Assembly (NCBI RefSeq): GCF_006345805.1
Contig: NC_043002.1
Coordinates: 119,102,001-119,166,000 of the forward strand
Reading direction: 5' to 3'
Length of the DNA: 64,000 bases
Source: Octopus sinensis
Taxonomy: Eukaryota
A program made the translations under genes and the position numbers. The notes under the pieces are model-generated. The model saw only the letters and a list, made by a program, of their open reading frames with translations, did not search any database and had not been told where the DNA came from. Numbering within the stretch: position 1 is the stretch's first letter; the number at the start of each line of letters is the position of its first letter. Shown here piece by piece: positions 13,042-24,332 of this stretch.

Positions 13042-13397
13042 CTGTATATACTCGACTATAAGACGCACTCCTAACTTACAAGGTTCAAATCGGGAATTTT
13101 ATCATTGACCCGACTATAAGTCGCAGCAACTTTTTTGACGTTGGAGAGCAAAGTGCGATTAGGAATCGCTCCGACATAGTTGTTGTTCGTTAACCGAGGT
13201 TTCAGTAAGCTAAAAATGACTTACAATAACTGTTATCCCATTAAGTCCATGCATTTTAGAAACCGTTGTTTAGAATGTAAAATTTTATCATTTTTGGTTA
13301 TTCCAAGTGTCGAAACTTCAGACGTGGTTTGTACCCAGAAAATGCCTGAAAATTTTTCAGGACAAAAAAAGTGCGACTTATAGTCGAGTATCTACGG
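13042..13397. mobile_element. pogo/Tigger-like MITE
   Basis: ~26-bp TIRs CTGTATATACTCGACTATAAGACGCAC / GTGCGACTTATAGTCGAGTATCTACGG; TA on the right flank. Confidence 0.75.
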
Positions 13398-13539
13398 TAA
13401 ACATTTAATTTTTGTAATATGATGTCAAAATTTTCGATGTTTGAAACTGCGATCTGGTCACTGACAAACGTATGCTGAGACAATTTTAACCTTACCTATA
13501 TTATATATATATATATACAATAATATGTTGCATTACTCG

Positions 13540-13597
13540 ATAGTCAAGATAAAACTCTGAGTTTCAGATGCCGGTTATCTTCGGTTATCTGGCTATT
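13540..13597 (-). ncRNA. Predicted type I hammerhead ribozyme, stem II shortened
   Basis: Minus strand: AATAGCCA-GATAA CCGAAGA TAACCGGCATCT GAAAC TCA GAG TT/TTATC-TTGACTAT; stem I GATAA:TTATC. Confidence 0.5.
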
Positions 13598-13745
13598 TGA
13601 AAACGCTATGAAAAAATACCGTTATACAAAGGGAAATTTCCTCTATTTACATAATATGAGGTCTCTTTCTTTCTTTTGTTATCTTACCGTTTTACCAATA
13701 TAATATATATAATAATATATATATATATATATATATAATATATAT

Positions 13746-13797
<52 letters not shown>

Positions 13798-13833
13798 ATA
13801 ATATATATCTAAATTAATATGTGAACATTATTC

Positions 13834-13905
13834 AATAGCCAAGATAAAACTTTGAGTTTCGGATACCGAAGTGGAAATCCACAACACCATCTCTTCGGTT
13901 ATCTG
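13834..13905 (-). ncRNA. Predicted type I hammerhead ribozyme (same family as 13540)
   Basis: Minus strand: GATAA CCGAAGA GATG...GTGGATTTCCAC...TATCC GAAAC TCAAAG TT/TTATC. Confidence 0.55.
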
Positions 13906-14298
13906 TAATGTAGATAGGTTTAAAATCCAAGATGTGTCCTCTTGGAGCACATCAGCTTATTCCAGTAATCGAAAGTCGTACGTAGATGTTATATTTGTGA
14001 GAGGTTTGCATAAAAGTCGGAAATTCTGGACGCTGGACAGGATTACTCATTTGTGTCACCTGAGTGAATAGGAGCAACGTTAAATGAAGTCTTGAAAACT
14101 GAAGGACGCAATGAAAAATGTAGTCCTACATATGGAAAAGACGGGATGGGCATGACAAGAGCATTTTTGATCATAGGTTTTCTGGATCACAGGTAACCTG
14201 GGTTAAACGGCAGCGTTAATCGAATGTCACATACTTAGAATGTAAAGGCAGTTTTCTTTCCTAGAGAGAGAGAGAGAGAAGGAGAGAGAGAGAGAAAA

Positions 14299-14331
<33 letters not shown>

Positions 14332-15091
14332 AAGAAAGGGAGAGAGAGAGAGAGAGAGAGAGATTGGGAACGATGGGTCAAAATCAATTCTTTTCCTCTG
14401 TCTAATAAAATATACTTTGCGTGGTCGCTTGACCAGATAGAAGAGGCAATTAGATCTCTCTCCCTCGTGTCTTAAAAGAAGGAAGGACATATTGGAGAAT
14501 GTAATTAACAATGGAGAGATAAACTGTTTGAAAAGACTTGATGCTCGTGGCGAAAGTATCTTCAGTTGAAATGCTTTACAACTCCTTGACTAGGGCTGAC
14601 TTAGGTTTAAACAACAACAGTAGCAACATCTAATATAAATCGGTATAGGGTCTGGAAAGGTGAAAGACAAAGTTGACCACGGCCGGACTTGAAACCAGAT
14701 CATTAAAGATCCGGATGAATTACCGCAAAATATTTAGTCCGACGCTTTAGCGATTCTGACCTTTAGCAACATCAATGATAACAATAGTGATTCATCAAAG
14801 CTGCTTTCTCTGTGTGTCAAATACGGCAATGCTTAGTCGAATATTTTCATTTGTGGCTCTCCTAGTTTTAAGAAATATTCAGGAGTTGATTTCCATTTTA
14901 TTAATGATCCGTGTCATACGTTGCAACTTTAGTAATATTAGAGAATCGCAGCTGACTGTCACCAGAACATTATGTACTGTGGTTTTTCGGATGATAAACT
15001 TCTAGTTTAGACATTCCGTCTGTCCTTTACCTCGACCGCTCTTTTTCTTTGCATATAAATATATTAATATATGGCTATATGATATATAGAT

Positions 15092-15302
15092 AAGGTGGCG
15101 AGCTGGCACAATCGTTAGCAAGTCGGACAAATTGCTTAGCGGCATTTCGCTCGTCTTTACGTTCTGAGTTCAAATTCTGCCATGGTTGACTTTGCTTTTC
15201 CTCCTTTTCGGGGTCGATAAAGCAAGTACCAGTTCAGCAACAGATAATCAACTTGGCCCCTTCCCCAAAGCTGTTGGCTTTGTGCCAAAATTTGAAGCCA
15301 AT
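15092..15302 (+). mobile_element. SINE family A
   Basis: Matches 62228-62460 over head and body. Confidence 0.85.
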
Positions 15303-15354
15303 GTATAATATATACATAGAATATATATAATAATAATATGTATTCATACATATA

Positions 15355-15767
15355 CTCTTACTCTCTTTTCTCTTTTACTCTTTTACTTCTTTCAGTCATT
15401 TCACTGCGGCCATGCTGGAGCACCGCCTTTAGTCGAGCAAATCGACCCCGGGACTTATTCTTTGTAAGCCAGTACTTATTCTATCGGTCTCTTTTGCCGA
15501 ACCGCTAAGTGACGGGGACGTAAACACACCAGCACAGGTTGTCAAGCAATGCTAGGGGGACAAACACAGACACACAAACACATATATATATATATACATA
15601 TATACGACAGGCTTCTTTCAGTTTCCGTCTACCAAATCCACTCACAAGGCATTGGTCGGCCCGGGGCTATAGCAGAAGACACTTGCCCAAGATGCCACGC
15701 AGTGGGACTGAACACCCGACCATGTGATTGGTTAGCAAGCTACTTACCACACAGCCACTCCTGCGCC
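15355..15767 (-). mobile_element. SINE family B
   Basis: Reverse complement of 38380-38799. Confidence 0.92.
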
Positions 15768-15830
15768 TATATATACACATATTCATATACAAAAACACAC
15801 ATATGTATATATACACACACACATATTCAT

Positions 15831-15905
<75 letters not shown>

Positions 15906-16427
15906 CACATCATGAGAGAGAATGAGAATTTTAATATATTTTCATAAATGCATTTCGTATATTGTAGAAAGCTTTGTAATACCACAATCCGTTTGAGTGG
16001 TTCCTTGATATACTGCAAACAAAAGTCGAAGCTCACTGTAAGAGCACGCGCGCACACACACATACACACACTCACACAAACGAGATGCGAATGTAACATA
16101 TATAAGAAACACGAGAACTGAATACATGACTGGTAGAGGTCAATAAAGTACATGATGCAAAAGTGTATGATCATATATAATCAACGCAATGTGAAACTTA
16201 CGTTTATATAGTCAGCATTTTACAATATATGTAATGTATTTATACATCAGAATGCATTATAGTTGATTATATATGCGTAATAAAACTCTACCCATCTGCT
16301 ATTGAGTGGTCTCGTTTCTTACATGTGCTACATTCATGCTTGTTACAGATAATATATTGTTAAAGTTGCATTCAAAAGATTTACACAGATGGAGACAGAT
16401 ACAAAGGCTTTTCCTCACAATGTTCGG

Positions 16428-16429
<2 letters not shown>

Positions 16430-16486
<57 letters not shown>

Positions 16487-16541
16487 AGTCTGTCTGTCTG
16501 TCTGTCTGTCTGCCTGTCTGTCTGTCTGTCTGCCTGCCTGC

Positions 16542-16610
<69 letters not shown>

Positions 16611-16758
16611 CATCCATCCATCCATCTATCTATCCATCCATCCGTCCGTCCGTCCGTCTGTCAGCCTGTCGGTCCGTTCGTCTGTCTGTCTGTTTGTCCG
16701 TCCGTCCGTCCGTCCATCCATCCATCCATCCATCCATCCATCTATCTATCTATCTATC

Positions 16759-16798
<40 letters not shown>

Positions 16799-16838
16799 GT
16801 CTGTCTGTCTGTCTGTCTGTCCGTCCGTCCGTCCGTCC

Positions 16839-16881
<43 letters not shown>

Positions 16882-16890
16882 CATCCATCC
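16430..16890. repeat. Compound tetranucleotide array ATCT/GTCT/GCCT/ATCC/GTCC
   Basis: Direct reading. Confidence 0.95.
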
Positions 16891-17189
16891 AGCTATCCAA
16901 TCTCTTTGTTTGTCCAACCATTCGTCTAACTTACTAGTCTAGTCTACTCCTTGCAAGTATTTAGTTGCTGGAAGTAGACTAGAAAAAGATATGCAGAAAG
17001 CAGCTAAAAGTTTTTAATGATTTTTAACGAAAAACAAAATATAAGCTGCTTTATTGCTGGGAACAATTAACGAATATATAAAAAATGTCCGAGAGTATTC
17101 TGTTTAGGCGAAGCAGGATTTACGGCCGTAATTCTGGTTTTCGTGTTTCATTATTTTCTTTTGTTCCGTAGAGAATTGGTGATTCCTCA

Positions 17190-17598
17190 TTTACTCTTTT
17201 TCTCTTTTTACTCTTTTACTTGTTTCAGTCATTTGACTGCGGCCATGCTGGAGCACCGCCTTTAGTCGAGCAAATCGATCCCGGGACTTATTCTTTGTAA
17301 GCCCAGTACTTATTCTATCGGTCTCTTTTGCCGAACCGCTAAGTGACGGAGACGTAAACACACCAGCATCAGTTGTCAAGCAATGCTAGGGGGACAAACA
17401 CAGACGCACAAACACACACACATACATACATATATATATATACATATATACAACAGGCTTCTTTCAGTTTCCGTCTACCAAATCCACTCACAAGGCATTG
17501 GTCGGCCCGGAGCTATAGCAGAAGACACTTGCCCAAGATGCCACGCAGTTGGACTGAAACCAGAACCATGTGGTTGGTTAGCCACACAGCCACTCCTG
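17190..17598 (-). mobile_element. SINE family B
   Basis: Reverse complement of 38380-38799, with a small deletion in the head. Confidence 0.9.
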
Positions 17599-17714
17599 TT
17601 GTATTTGTTGTATTTTCTGTCGTTAAAGTGTCTCCTATGTCAACATTAAGTTGTGACTAACAGCTTAGAGAGGATTGGGTGCTATCAAGTGAACTTGACT
17701 ATGATACGTTCATG

Positions 17715-17915
17715 ATGATGACAACCAGACCAGAAACCATATCGGATCCGTCGATGTCTGGGTCAACATCAAAGAGTAGATAGGCCTCAGTTTCGCTGAC
17801 TCGCAGAGGGCGGCAGAAGACCGAGAGAAGCGGCGAAATTTGGTTGCCATATCACCAACGAATACTCCAACGACTATACGGTCAAGGGATAGGAAGGACG
17901 GAAGGAAGGCAAAAA
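17715..17915 (+). mobile_element. RTE-clade LINE 3' fragment
   Basis: WVNIKE*IGLSFADSQRAAEDREKRRNLV...RSRDR followed by an (AAGG)-type tail. Confidence 0.7.
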
Positions 17916-17954
17916 GGAAGAGAGGTATCTCGTGTAAGAGATGATGGTGTTGCT

Positions 17955-18235
17955 GTATATCCTGATGATGGCAATCCCTCAAGGTCGAGGATGATGGTCT
18001 TCGCGCAAATTTACTGATGAGTCCGTAGGTGACCGATAAGACCAATTCTTGCTTGAAAAGATCGGTCGCAGTGAGGACATCTAGTGCCGGAAGGGAGAGT
18101 CGCACGTGGTTGTTGTTGGCGTTCCTTCCGTCGTCGTCTTTTCTCCTCCAGCTCTGCAGACCTTTTCGACTCGAAAGTCGCCGTTCCCTCATGGATGGTG
18201 GTTTTCCAGAGTGGTCTGTGTAGCCGTTAAGCTGG
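17955..18235 (-). mobile_element. RTE-BovB-type LINE 3' fragment with C-terminal C2H2 zinc finger
   Basis: Minus strand FESKRSAELEEKRRRRKERQQQPRATLPSGTRCPHCDRSFQARIGLIGHLRTHQ* then a short UTR. Confidence 0.85.
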
Positions 18236-18709
18236 TCAATGTCGCTCATTGCTAGAAATCGCTGTTTGGTAGTTTGTGCTGAAATTTCTGAATAAAGTGA
18301 AGCAGCATCAGAGGCAAAAATGTAGTTTGCGATGCTATGTTGTGTCATAAAACTGAGTTTTAAAGTGTGGAGTACTGTCGACAGAATCGGTAGAGCATCA
18401 ACAGAGGTAGCTTAAAAAATCCAGCCTATTGGATATGGTGGTGGACTTAATGTGGCCGTAAAATAGAAGTCGGAAAACAGATTAAAAGTTTCGCAGTTGT
18501 TATCACAAACAAAGCTGTAGAACGATGTAGGAAATCGTTAATGAGTTTCAAACGACATATTGCTTAATGAAGGAAAGAAAATATGTAAACACGTGCTGGT
18601 GCACCGTTGAAATAAAGTCAAAAACGAAAAAAAAATACAATAGCAAAAATACCCCCAGAAAGCAAAACAAAACAAAACAACTCTTGAATCAGAACGTGGC
18701 TGTTCAATA

Positions 18710-18721
18710 ATAATAATAATA

Positions 18722-18761
<40 letters not shown>

Positions 18762-18778
18762 GGAGGAGGAGGAGGAGG

Positions 18779-18816
<38 letters not shown>

Positions 18817-18821
18817 CGTGG

Positions 18822-18870
<49 letters not shown>

Positions 18871-18889
18871 AATAATAATAATAATAATA

Positions 18890-18955
<66 letters not shown>

Positions 18956-18981
18956 TGATAATGATGATGATGATGATGATG

Positions 18982-19012
<31 letters not shown>

Positions 19013-19060
19013 CGTGGTGATGATGATGATGATGATGATGATGCTGCTGCTGCCGCTGCT

Positions 19061-19145
<85 letters not shown>
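18710..19145. repeat. (ATG)n/(AGG)n/(ATA)n compound microsatellite
   Basis: Direct reading. Confidence 0.95.
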
Positions 19146-19147
<2 letters not shown>

Positions 19148-19492
19148 CTGTTTGTTTAGGAATTCTTTGTCGCTAATTGCTGATTCGTAACTCAGTGTTA
19201 CCTATCGTAGAAAAATTGAATGGATAGTTCGTAGGGTAATAACGATAATGAATTATATGCAAATTTTCCTGACTGTCCTACATCCCGATAGATAACAAGT
19301 CACATCCAATCTCGTCGGTATCATAATTCAATAAATATCTAGGCTGCGTGTTCTTTGTGAATACATAATAATAAACATAATACATTTCAGACAGAAAACT
19401 ATAGAATGTTCAACATCTGTCAAGGCAAAGTTTTCGTAAATGCGTTGTGCGAATGCAAATTGATATTTTGTAATGTTAATACACATACTAAA

Positions 19493-19945
19493 GGCGGCGA
19501 GCTGGTAGAATTGTTAGCATGACGGACAAAATGATTTTTATGCTCTGAGTTCAAATTCCGTCAACGTCGACTTTAACTTTCATCCTCTTGGGGTCGATAA
19601 AATAAGTACCATTTGAACACTGCGGTAATTGACTTACTCCTCTCCCGAACTTATTGGCCTTGTGCTAAAAATTTGAATCCAATATACTCTTTTACTTGTT
19701 TCAGTCATTTGACTGCGGCCATGCTGGAGCACCGCAAAGTTTATTAAGGCGGCGAGCCTGCAGAATCGTTAACATGTCGGGCATAGTGCTTAGCGGTACT
19801 TCGTCCGTTTTTATGTTGAGTTCAAATACCTCCGAGGTCGACGTTTTCCGAGTCGATAAAACAAGTACCAGTTGAACTCTGAGATTCGATGTAATCGATT
19901 TACCGAAATTGCTGCCCTTGTTCCAAAAACTGAAATCAATATTTG
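19493..19945 (+). mobile_element. Two SINE family A copies separated by an inverted SINE B tail fragment
   Basis: AAGGCGGCGAGC heads at ~19491 and ~19746; CTTGTTTCAGTCATTTGACTGCGGCC at ~19695. Confidence 0.8.
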
Positions 19946-20149
19946 GATAACGTACGGTAGAAAATATTCATACACTTCTTTTTTGATTTTTGGGTCAAAT
20001 GTATGCAAGCAGGTAATGGTTAGCAGTAAAGTGGAAACGCAGATAGCAATAGCATACGCACTTTGTAATCTGGTACAAATGTTATTGTCACAGCAAGACT
20101 AAAGTTAATATTGAGCTACGAAAGTAAAAAGAATTTATAGCTTATCTAC

Positions 20150-20536
20150 ATGGAAGCACTCCGTCGGTTACGACGATGAGGGTTCCGGTTGATCCGAATC
20201 AACGGAACAGCCTGCTCGTGAAATTAACGTGTAAGTGGCTGAGCACTCCACAGACACGTGTACCCTTAACGTAGTTCTCGGGGATATTCAGCGTGACACA
20301 GAGAGTGACAAGGCCGGCCCTTTGAAATACAGGTACAACAGAAACAGGAAGTAAGAGTGAGAGAAAGTTGTGGTGAAAGAGTACAGCAGGGATCACCACC
20401 ATCCCCTGCCGGAGCCTCGTGGAGCTTTTAGGTGTTTTCGCTCAATAAACACTCACAACGCCCGGTCTGGGAATCGAAACTGCGATCCTATGACTGCGAG
20501 TCCACTGCCCTAACCACTGGGCCATTGCGCCTCCAC
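20150..20536 (-). mobile_element. Young tRNA-Arg-derived SINE (body B, tail T1; resembles octopus OR-type SINEs)
   Basis: 11-bp TSD AGCTTATCTAC at 20139-20149 and 20537-20547; near-identical to 42697 and 56691; TCG in the anticodon-like position. Confidence 0.92.
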
Positions 20537-20834
20537 AGCTTATCTACGATTGCCTAGTGAAAAGCTGAAACATAGAGGAGACTGAAAGAAGTTTTACTTC
20601 TGTTCTAGTAGCTAAAATGGCCGACCGATTACTGGTCAGTGATTGGCCAAAACAACGTAGGTGACAAAAGATTGAAACCAGTATGTCAATAGTTGAATGA
20701 GCTATTATAGGTCTTATGGTATACGTGTAAAGAAGACGCCTTTACGTGATCGCCTGGTCTGTAAGAAATTATATTCAAATCATCTTTAAATACAACCCTA
20801 CCGTTTTAATGACATGATAAACTTATCCCGAATG

Positions 20835-20941
20835 TAATATAATATAATATAATATAATACAATATAATACAATACAATATAATATAATATTATATAATAC
20901 AATACAATATAATATAATATAATATAATATAATATAATATA

Positions 20942-21002
<61 letters not shown>

Positions 21003-21027
21003 ACACACACATATATATATATATATA
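20835..21027. repeat. (ATATA)n, (AC)n and (AT)n microsatellites
   Basis: Direct reading. Confidence 0.95.
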
Positions 21028-21226
21028 CTTTATTTAAAGCAGCAGAAAATTCAACAAAACCTGTTACTCTGAGTTTCGCGTTAACTGTCCGATGAACGGC
21101 AACGCGAAACTCAGAGTAACAGGTTTTGTTGAATTTTCTGCTGCTTTAAATAAAGCATATTACTCTACCACTGGTATTTGAGTACTCTTTTTTCCACCTT
21201 GTTTCACATTCATATTTTTACTCCGG

Positions 21227-21230
<4 letters not shown>
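21028..21230. mobile_element. Small palindromic element (55-bp inverted arms 21028-21082 / 21101-21155) carrying a hammerhead; Penelope-pLTR-like
   Basis: Arms read directly; flanked by (TA)n; related copy at 48797-48940. Confidence 0.65.
21085..21122 (+). ncRNA. Predicted minimal type I hammerhead ribozyme
   Basis: CTGT CCGATGA ACG-GCAA-CGC GAAAC TCA GAG TA/ACAG: stem I CTGT:ACAG, GNRA-capped short stem II, near-palindromic stem III ACTCAGAGT, GUA site. Confidence 0.7.
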
Positions 21231-21249
<19 letters not shown>

Positions 21250-21257
<8 letters not shown>

Positions 21258-21548
21258 AATATAGAGAGTGGTCACTATATGGCTCACTCTAGCACCAGTT
21301 AATCCAAAAGGTTTCAACCACTAAAAATACATGTTTCCCATGAAAGTCAGTACGATTGTTAGCTCACACGGACAGGGCAAATAAAAAATAACAAAATAAT
21401 CTGTATTTTGTTTTTTTATTTGCCCTGTCCGTGTGAGCTAACAATCGTACTGACTTTCATGGGAAACATGTATTTTTAGTGGTTGAAACCTTTTGGATTA
21501 ACTGGTGCTAGAGTGAGCCATATAGTGACCACTCTCTTATATTATTTT
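21250..21548. repeat. Near-perfect palindrome, ~135-bp arms, ~5-nt loop
   Basis: AGAGAGTGGTCAC...GGGCAAATAAAAAATAACAAAATA mirrored by TATTTTG...GTGACCACTCTCT; centre ~21398-21403. Confidence 0.95.
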
Positions 21549-21981
21549 GTAAAAATATTATAATATATTATAAAATATTATAATAATCCAGGTTTCTCGG
21601 AGCACTAGGCCACTTGGTGTTGAATGGATATACTATTAAATTAGTATCTAATTCTCTCACCCTTATTAATTATTATATAATATATATATATATATATATA
21701 ATTTCAACAATTGAGGGCAAAATTAATTAAATTAATTACAATCATTTCACCAAGTGTTCAGTATGCAAAGGGACCATTCAAGGCGAATTCAAATTATTAC
21801 ATTATATAAAAGGGCTTAGTAAAATAAATTACTTTGCCGCATACTGAACTCATTAGAAATAGCAGCAAAAAACTTTTTTAAGGCTATTTCTAATACTTAA
21901 AGAAAATCTCTCTCATATATAGTGTTTGCATAATTCAACTCACAAAAGTTTGGGGGTAATGACATCGAAAAATCAAATGCT

Positions 21982-22052
21982 AAGGTTATTCGAGAACGTA
22001 CGTTTCAAGATTAGTCAAAACAACATTTCTATCATCGGCTCGGAAATTCCTT
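21982..22052 (-). ncRNA. Predicted type I hammerhead (array, inverted copy)
   Basis: Reverse complement of the motif at 23172-23242. Confidence 0.72.
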
Positions 22053-22627
22053 GGTTTGGATTTGGAAACACTGAAATAAGAACATACCCTCTCGAAGATC
22101 TGCTCCCAACTAACAGTGCCAACAAATTCAAAATAAGCAAGCGAAGAATCTCTGTTCTCCCCTTTCCACCAGCGTGGGTTAAAATCATCAAACTCTATGC
22201 TTTTTTCGGTAAAGTCCGAAGCATTAATCAGAGGGAGATTAATTATAATTTCAACAATTGAGGGCAAAATTAATTAATTATTAATCAATTTCACCAAGTG
22301 TTCAGTATGCAAAGGGACCATTCAAGGCGAATTCAAATTATTACATTATATAAAAGGGCTTAGTAAAATAAATTACTTTGCCGCATACTGAACTCATTAG
22401 AAATAGCAGCTAAAAACTCAATTGTTGAAATTATAATTAATCTCCCTCTGATTAATGCTTCGGACTTTACCGAAAAAAGCATAGAGTTTGATGATTTTAA
22501 CCCACGCTGGTGGAAAGGGGAGAACAGAGATTCTTCGCTTGCTTATTTTGAATTTGTTGGCACTGTTAGTTGGGAGCAGATCTTCGAGAGGGTATGTTCT
22601 TATTTTCAGTGTTTCCAAATCCAAACC

Positions 22628-22697
22628 AAGGAATTTCCGAGCCGATGATAGAAATGTGTTTTGACTAATCTTGAAACGTACGTTCTCGAATAACCTT
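22628..22697 (+). ncRNA. Predicted type I hammerhead (array copy 1)
   Basis: AAGG-AATTTC-CGAG CCGATGA [~24 nt] GAAAC GTAC GTT/CTCG-AATAA-CCTT. Confidence 0.72.
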
Positions 22698-23171
22698 AGC
22701 ATTTGATTTTTCGATGTCATTACCCCCAAACTTTTGTGAGTTGAATTATGCAAACACTATATATGAGAGAGATTTTCTTTAAGTATTAGAAATAGCCTTA
22801 AAAAAGTTTTTTAGCTGCTATTTCTAATGAGTTCAGTATGCGGCAAAGTAATTTATTTTACTAAGCCCTTTTATATAATGTAATAATTTGAATTCGCCTT
22901 GAATGGTCCCTTTGCATACTGAACACTTGGTGAAATTGATTAATAATTAATTAATTTTGCCCTCAATTGTTGAAATTATAATTAATCTCCCTCTGATTAA
23001 TGCTTCGGACTTTACCGAAAAAAGCATAGAGTTTGATGATTTTAACCCACGCTGGTGGAAAGGGGAGAACAGAGATTCTTCGCTTGCTTATTTTGAATTG
23101 TTGGCACTGTTAGTTGGGAGCAGATCTTCGAGAGGGTATGTTCTTATTTTCAGTGTTTCCAAATCCAAACC

Positions 23172-23242
23172 AAGGAATTTCCGAGCCGATGATAGAAATG
23201 TTGTTTTGACTAATCTTGAAACGTACGTTCTCGAATAACCTT
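23172..23242 (+). ncRNA. Predicted type I hammerhead (array copy 2)
   Basis: Stem I CGAG:CTCG plus distal AAGG:CCTT; palindromic stem III AACGTACGTT; GUU site; stem II imperfect. Confidence 0.72.
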
Positions 23243-23717
23243 AGCATTTGATTTTTCGATGTCATTACCCCCAAACTTTTGTGAGTTGAATTATGCAAAC
23301 ACTATATATGAGAGAGATTTTCTTTAAGTATTAGAAATAGCCTTAAAAAAGTTTTTTAGCTGCTATTTCTAATGAGTTCAGTATGCGGCAAAGTAATTTA
23401 TTTTACTAAGCCCTTTTATATAATGTAATAATTTGAATTCGCCTTGAATGGTCCCTTTGCATACTGAACACTTGGTGAAATTGATTAATAATTAATTAAT
23501 TTTGCCCTCAATTGTTGAAATTATAATTAATCTGCCTCTGATTAATGCTTCGGACTTTACCGAAAAAAGCATAGAGTTTGATGATTTTAACCCACGCTGG
23601 TGGAAAGGGGAGAACAGAGATTCTTCGCTTGCTTATTTTGAATTTGTTGGCACTGTTAGTTGGGAGCAGATCTTCGAGAGGGTATGTTCTTATTTTCAGT
23701 GTTTCCAAATCCAAACC

Positions 23718-23788
23718 AAGGAATTTCCGAGCCGATGATAGAAATGTTGTTTTGACTAATCTTGAAACGTACGTTCTCGAATAACCTT
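23718..23788 (+). ncRNA. Predicted type I hammerhead (array copy 3)
   Basis: Same motif as 23172-23242. Confidence 0.72.
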
Positions 23789-24262
23789 AGCATTTGATTT
23801 TTCGATGTCATTACCCCCAAACTTTTGTGAGTTGAATTATGCAAACACTATATATGAGAGAGATTTTCTTTAAGTATTAGAAATAGCCTTAAAAAAGTTT
23901 TTTAGCTGCTATTTCTAATGAGTTCAGTATGCGGCAAAGTAATTTATTTTACTAAGCCCTTTTATATAATGTAATAATTTGAATTCGCCTTGAATGGTCC
24001 CTTTGCATACTGAACACTTGGTGAAATTGATTAATAATTAATTAATTTTGCCCTCAATTGTTGAAATTATAATTAATCTCCCTCTGATTAATGCTTCGGA
24101 CTTTACCGAAAAAAGCATAGAGTTGATGATTTTAACCCACGCTGGTGGAAAGGGGAGAACAGAGATTCTTCGCTTGCTTATTTTGAATTTGTTGGCACTG
24201 TTAGTTGGGAGCAGATCTTCGAGAGGGTATGTTCTTATTTTCAGTGTTTCCAAATCCAAACC

Positions 24263-24332
24263 AAGGAATTCCGAGCCGATGATAGAAATGTTGTTTTGAC
24301 TAATCTTGAAACGTACGTTCTCGAATAACCTT
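24263..24332 (+). ncRNA. Predicted type I hammerhead (array copy 4)
   Basis: Same motif with a 1-nt indel in the stem I loop. Confidence 0.7.

Noticed and set aside
21440-21480. Hammerhead-like CTGACTTTCATGGGAAACATGTA in the 290-bp palindrome
   Set aside because: Lacks G8/A9 and stem II, and no stem I pairing was found.
21745-21870. Inverted GCATACTGAAC...GAAA motifs in the array unit as a second ribozyme
   Set aside because: CTGAAC(A/T) does not fit CUGANGA and there is no stem II or III.
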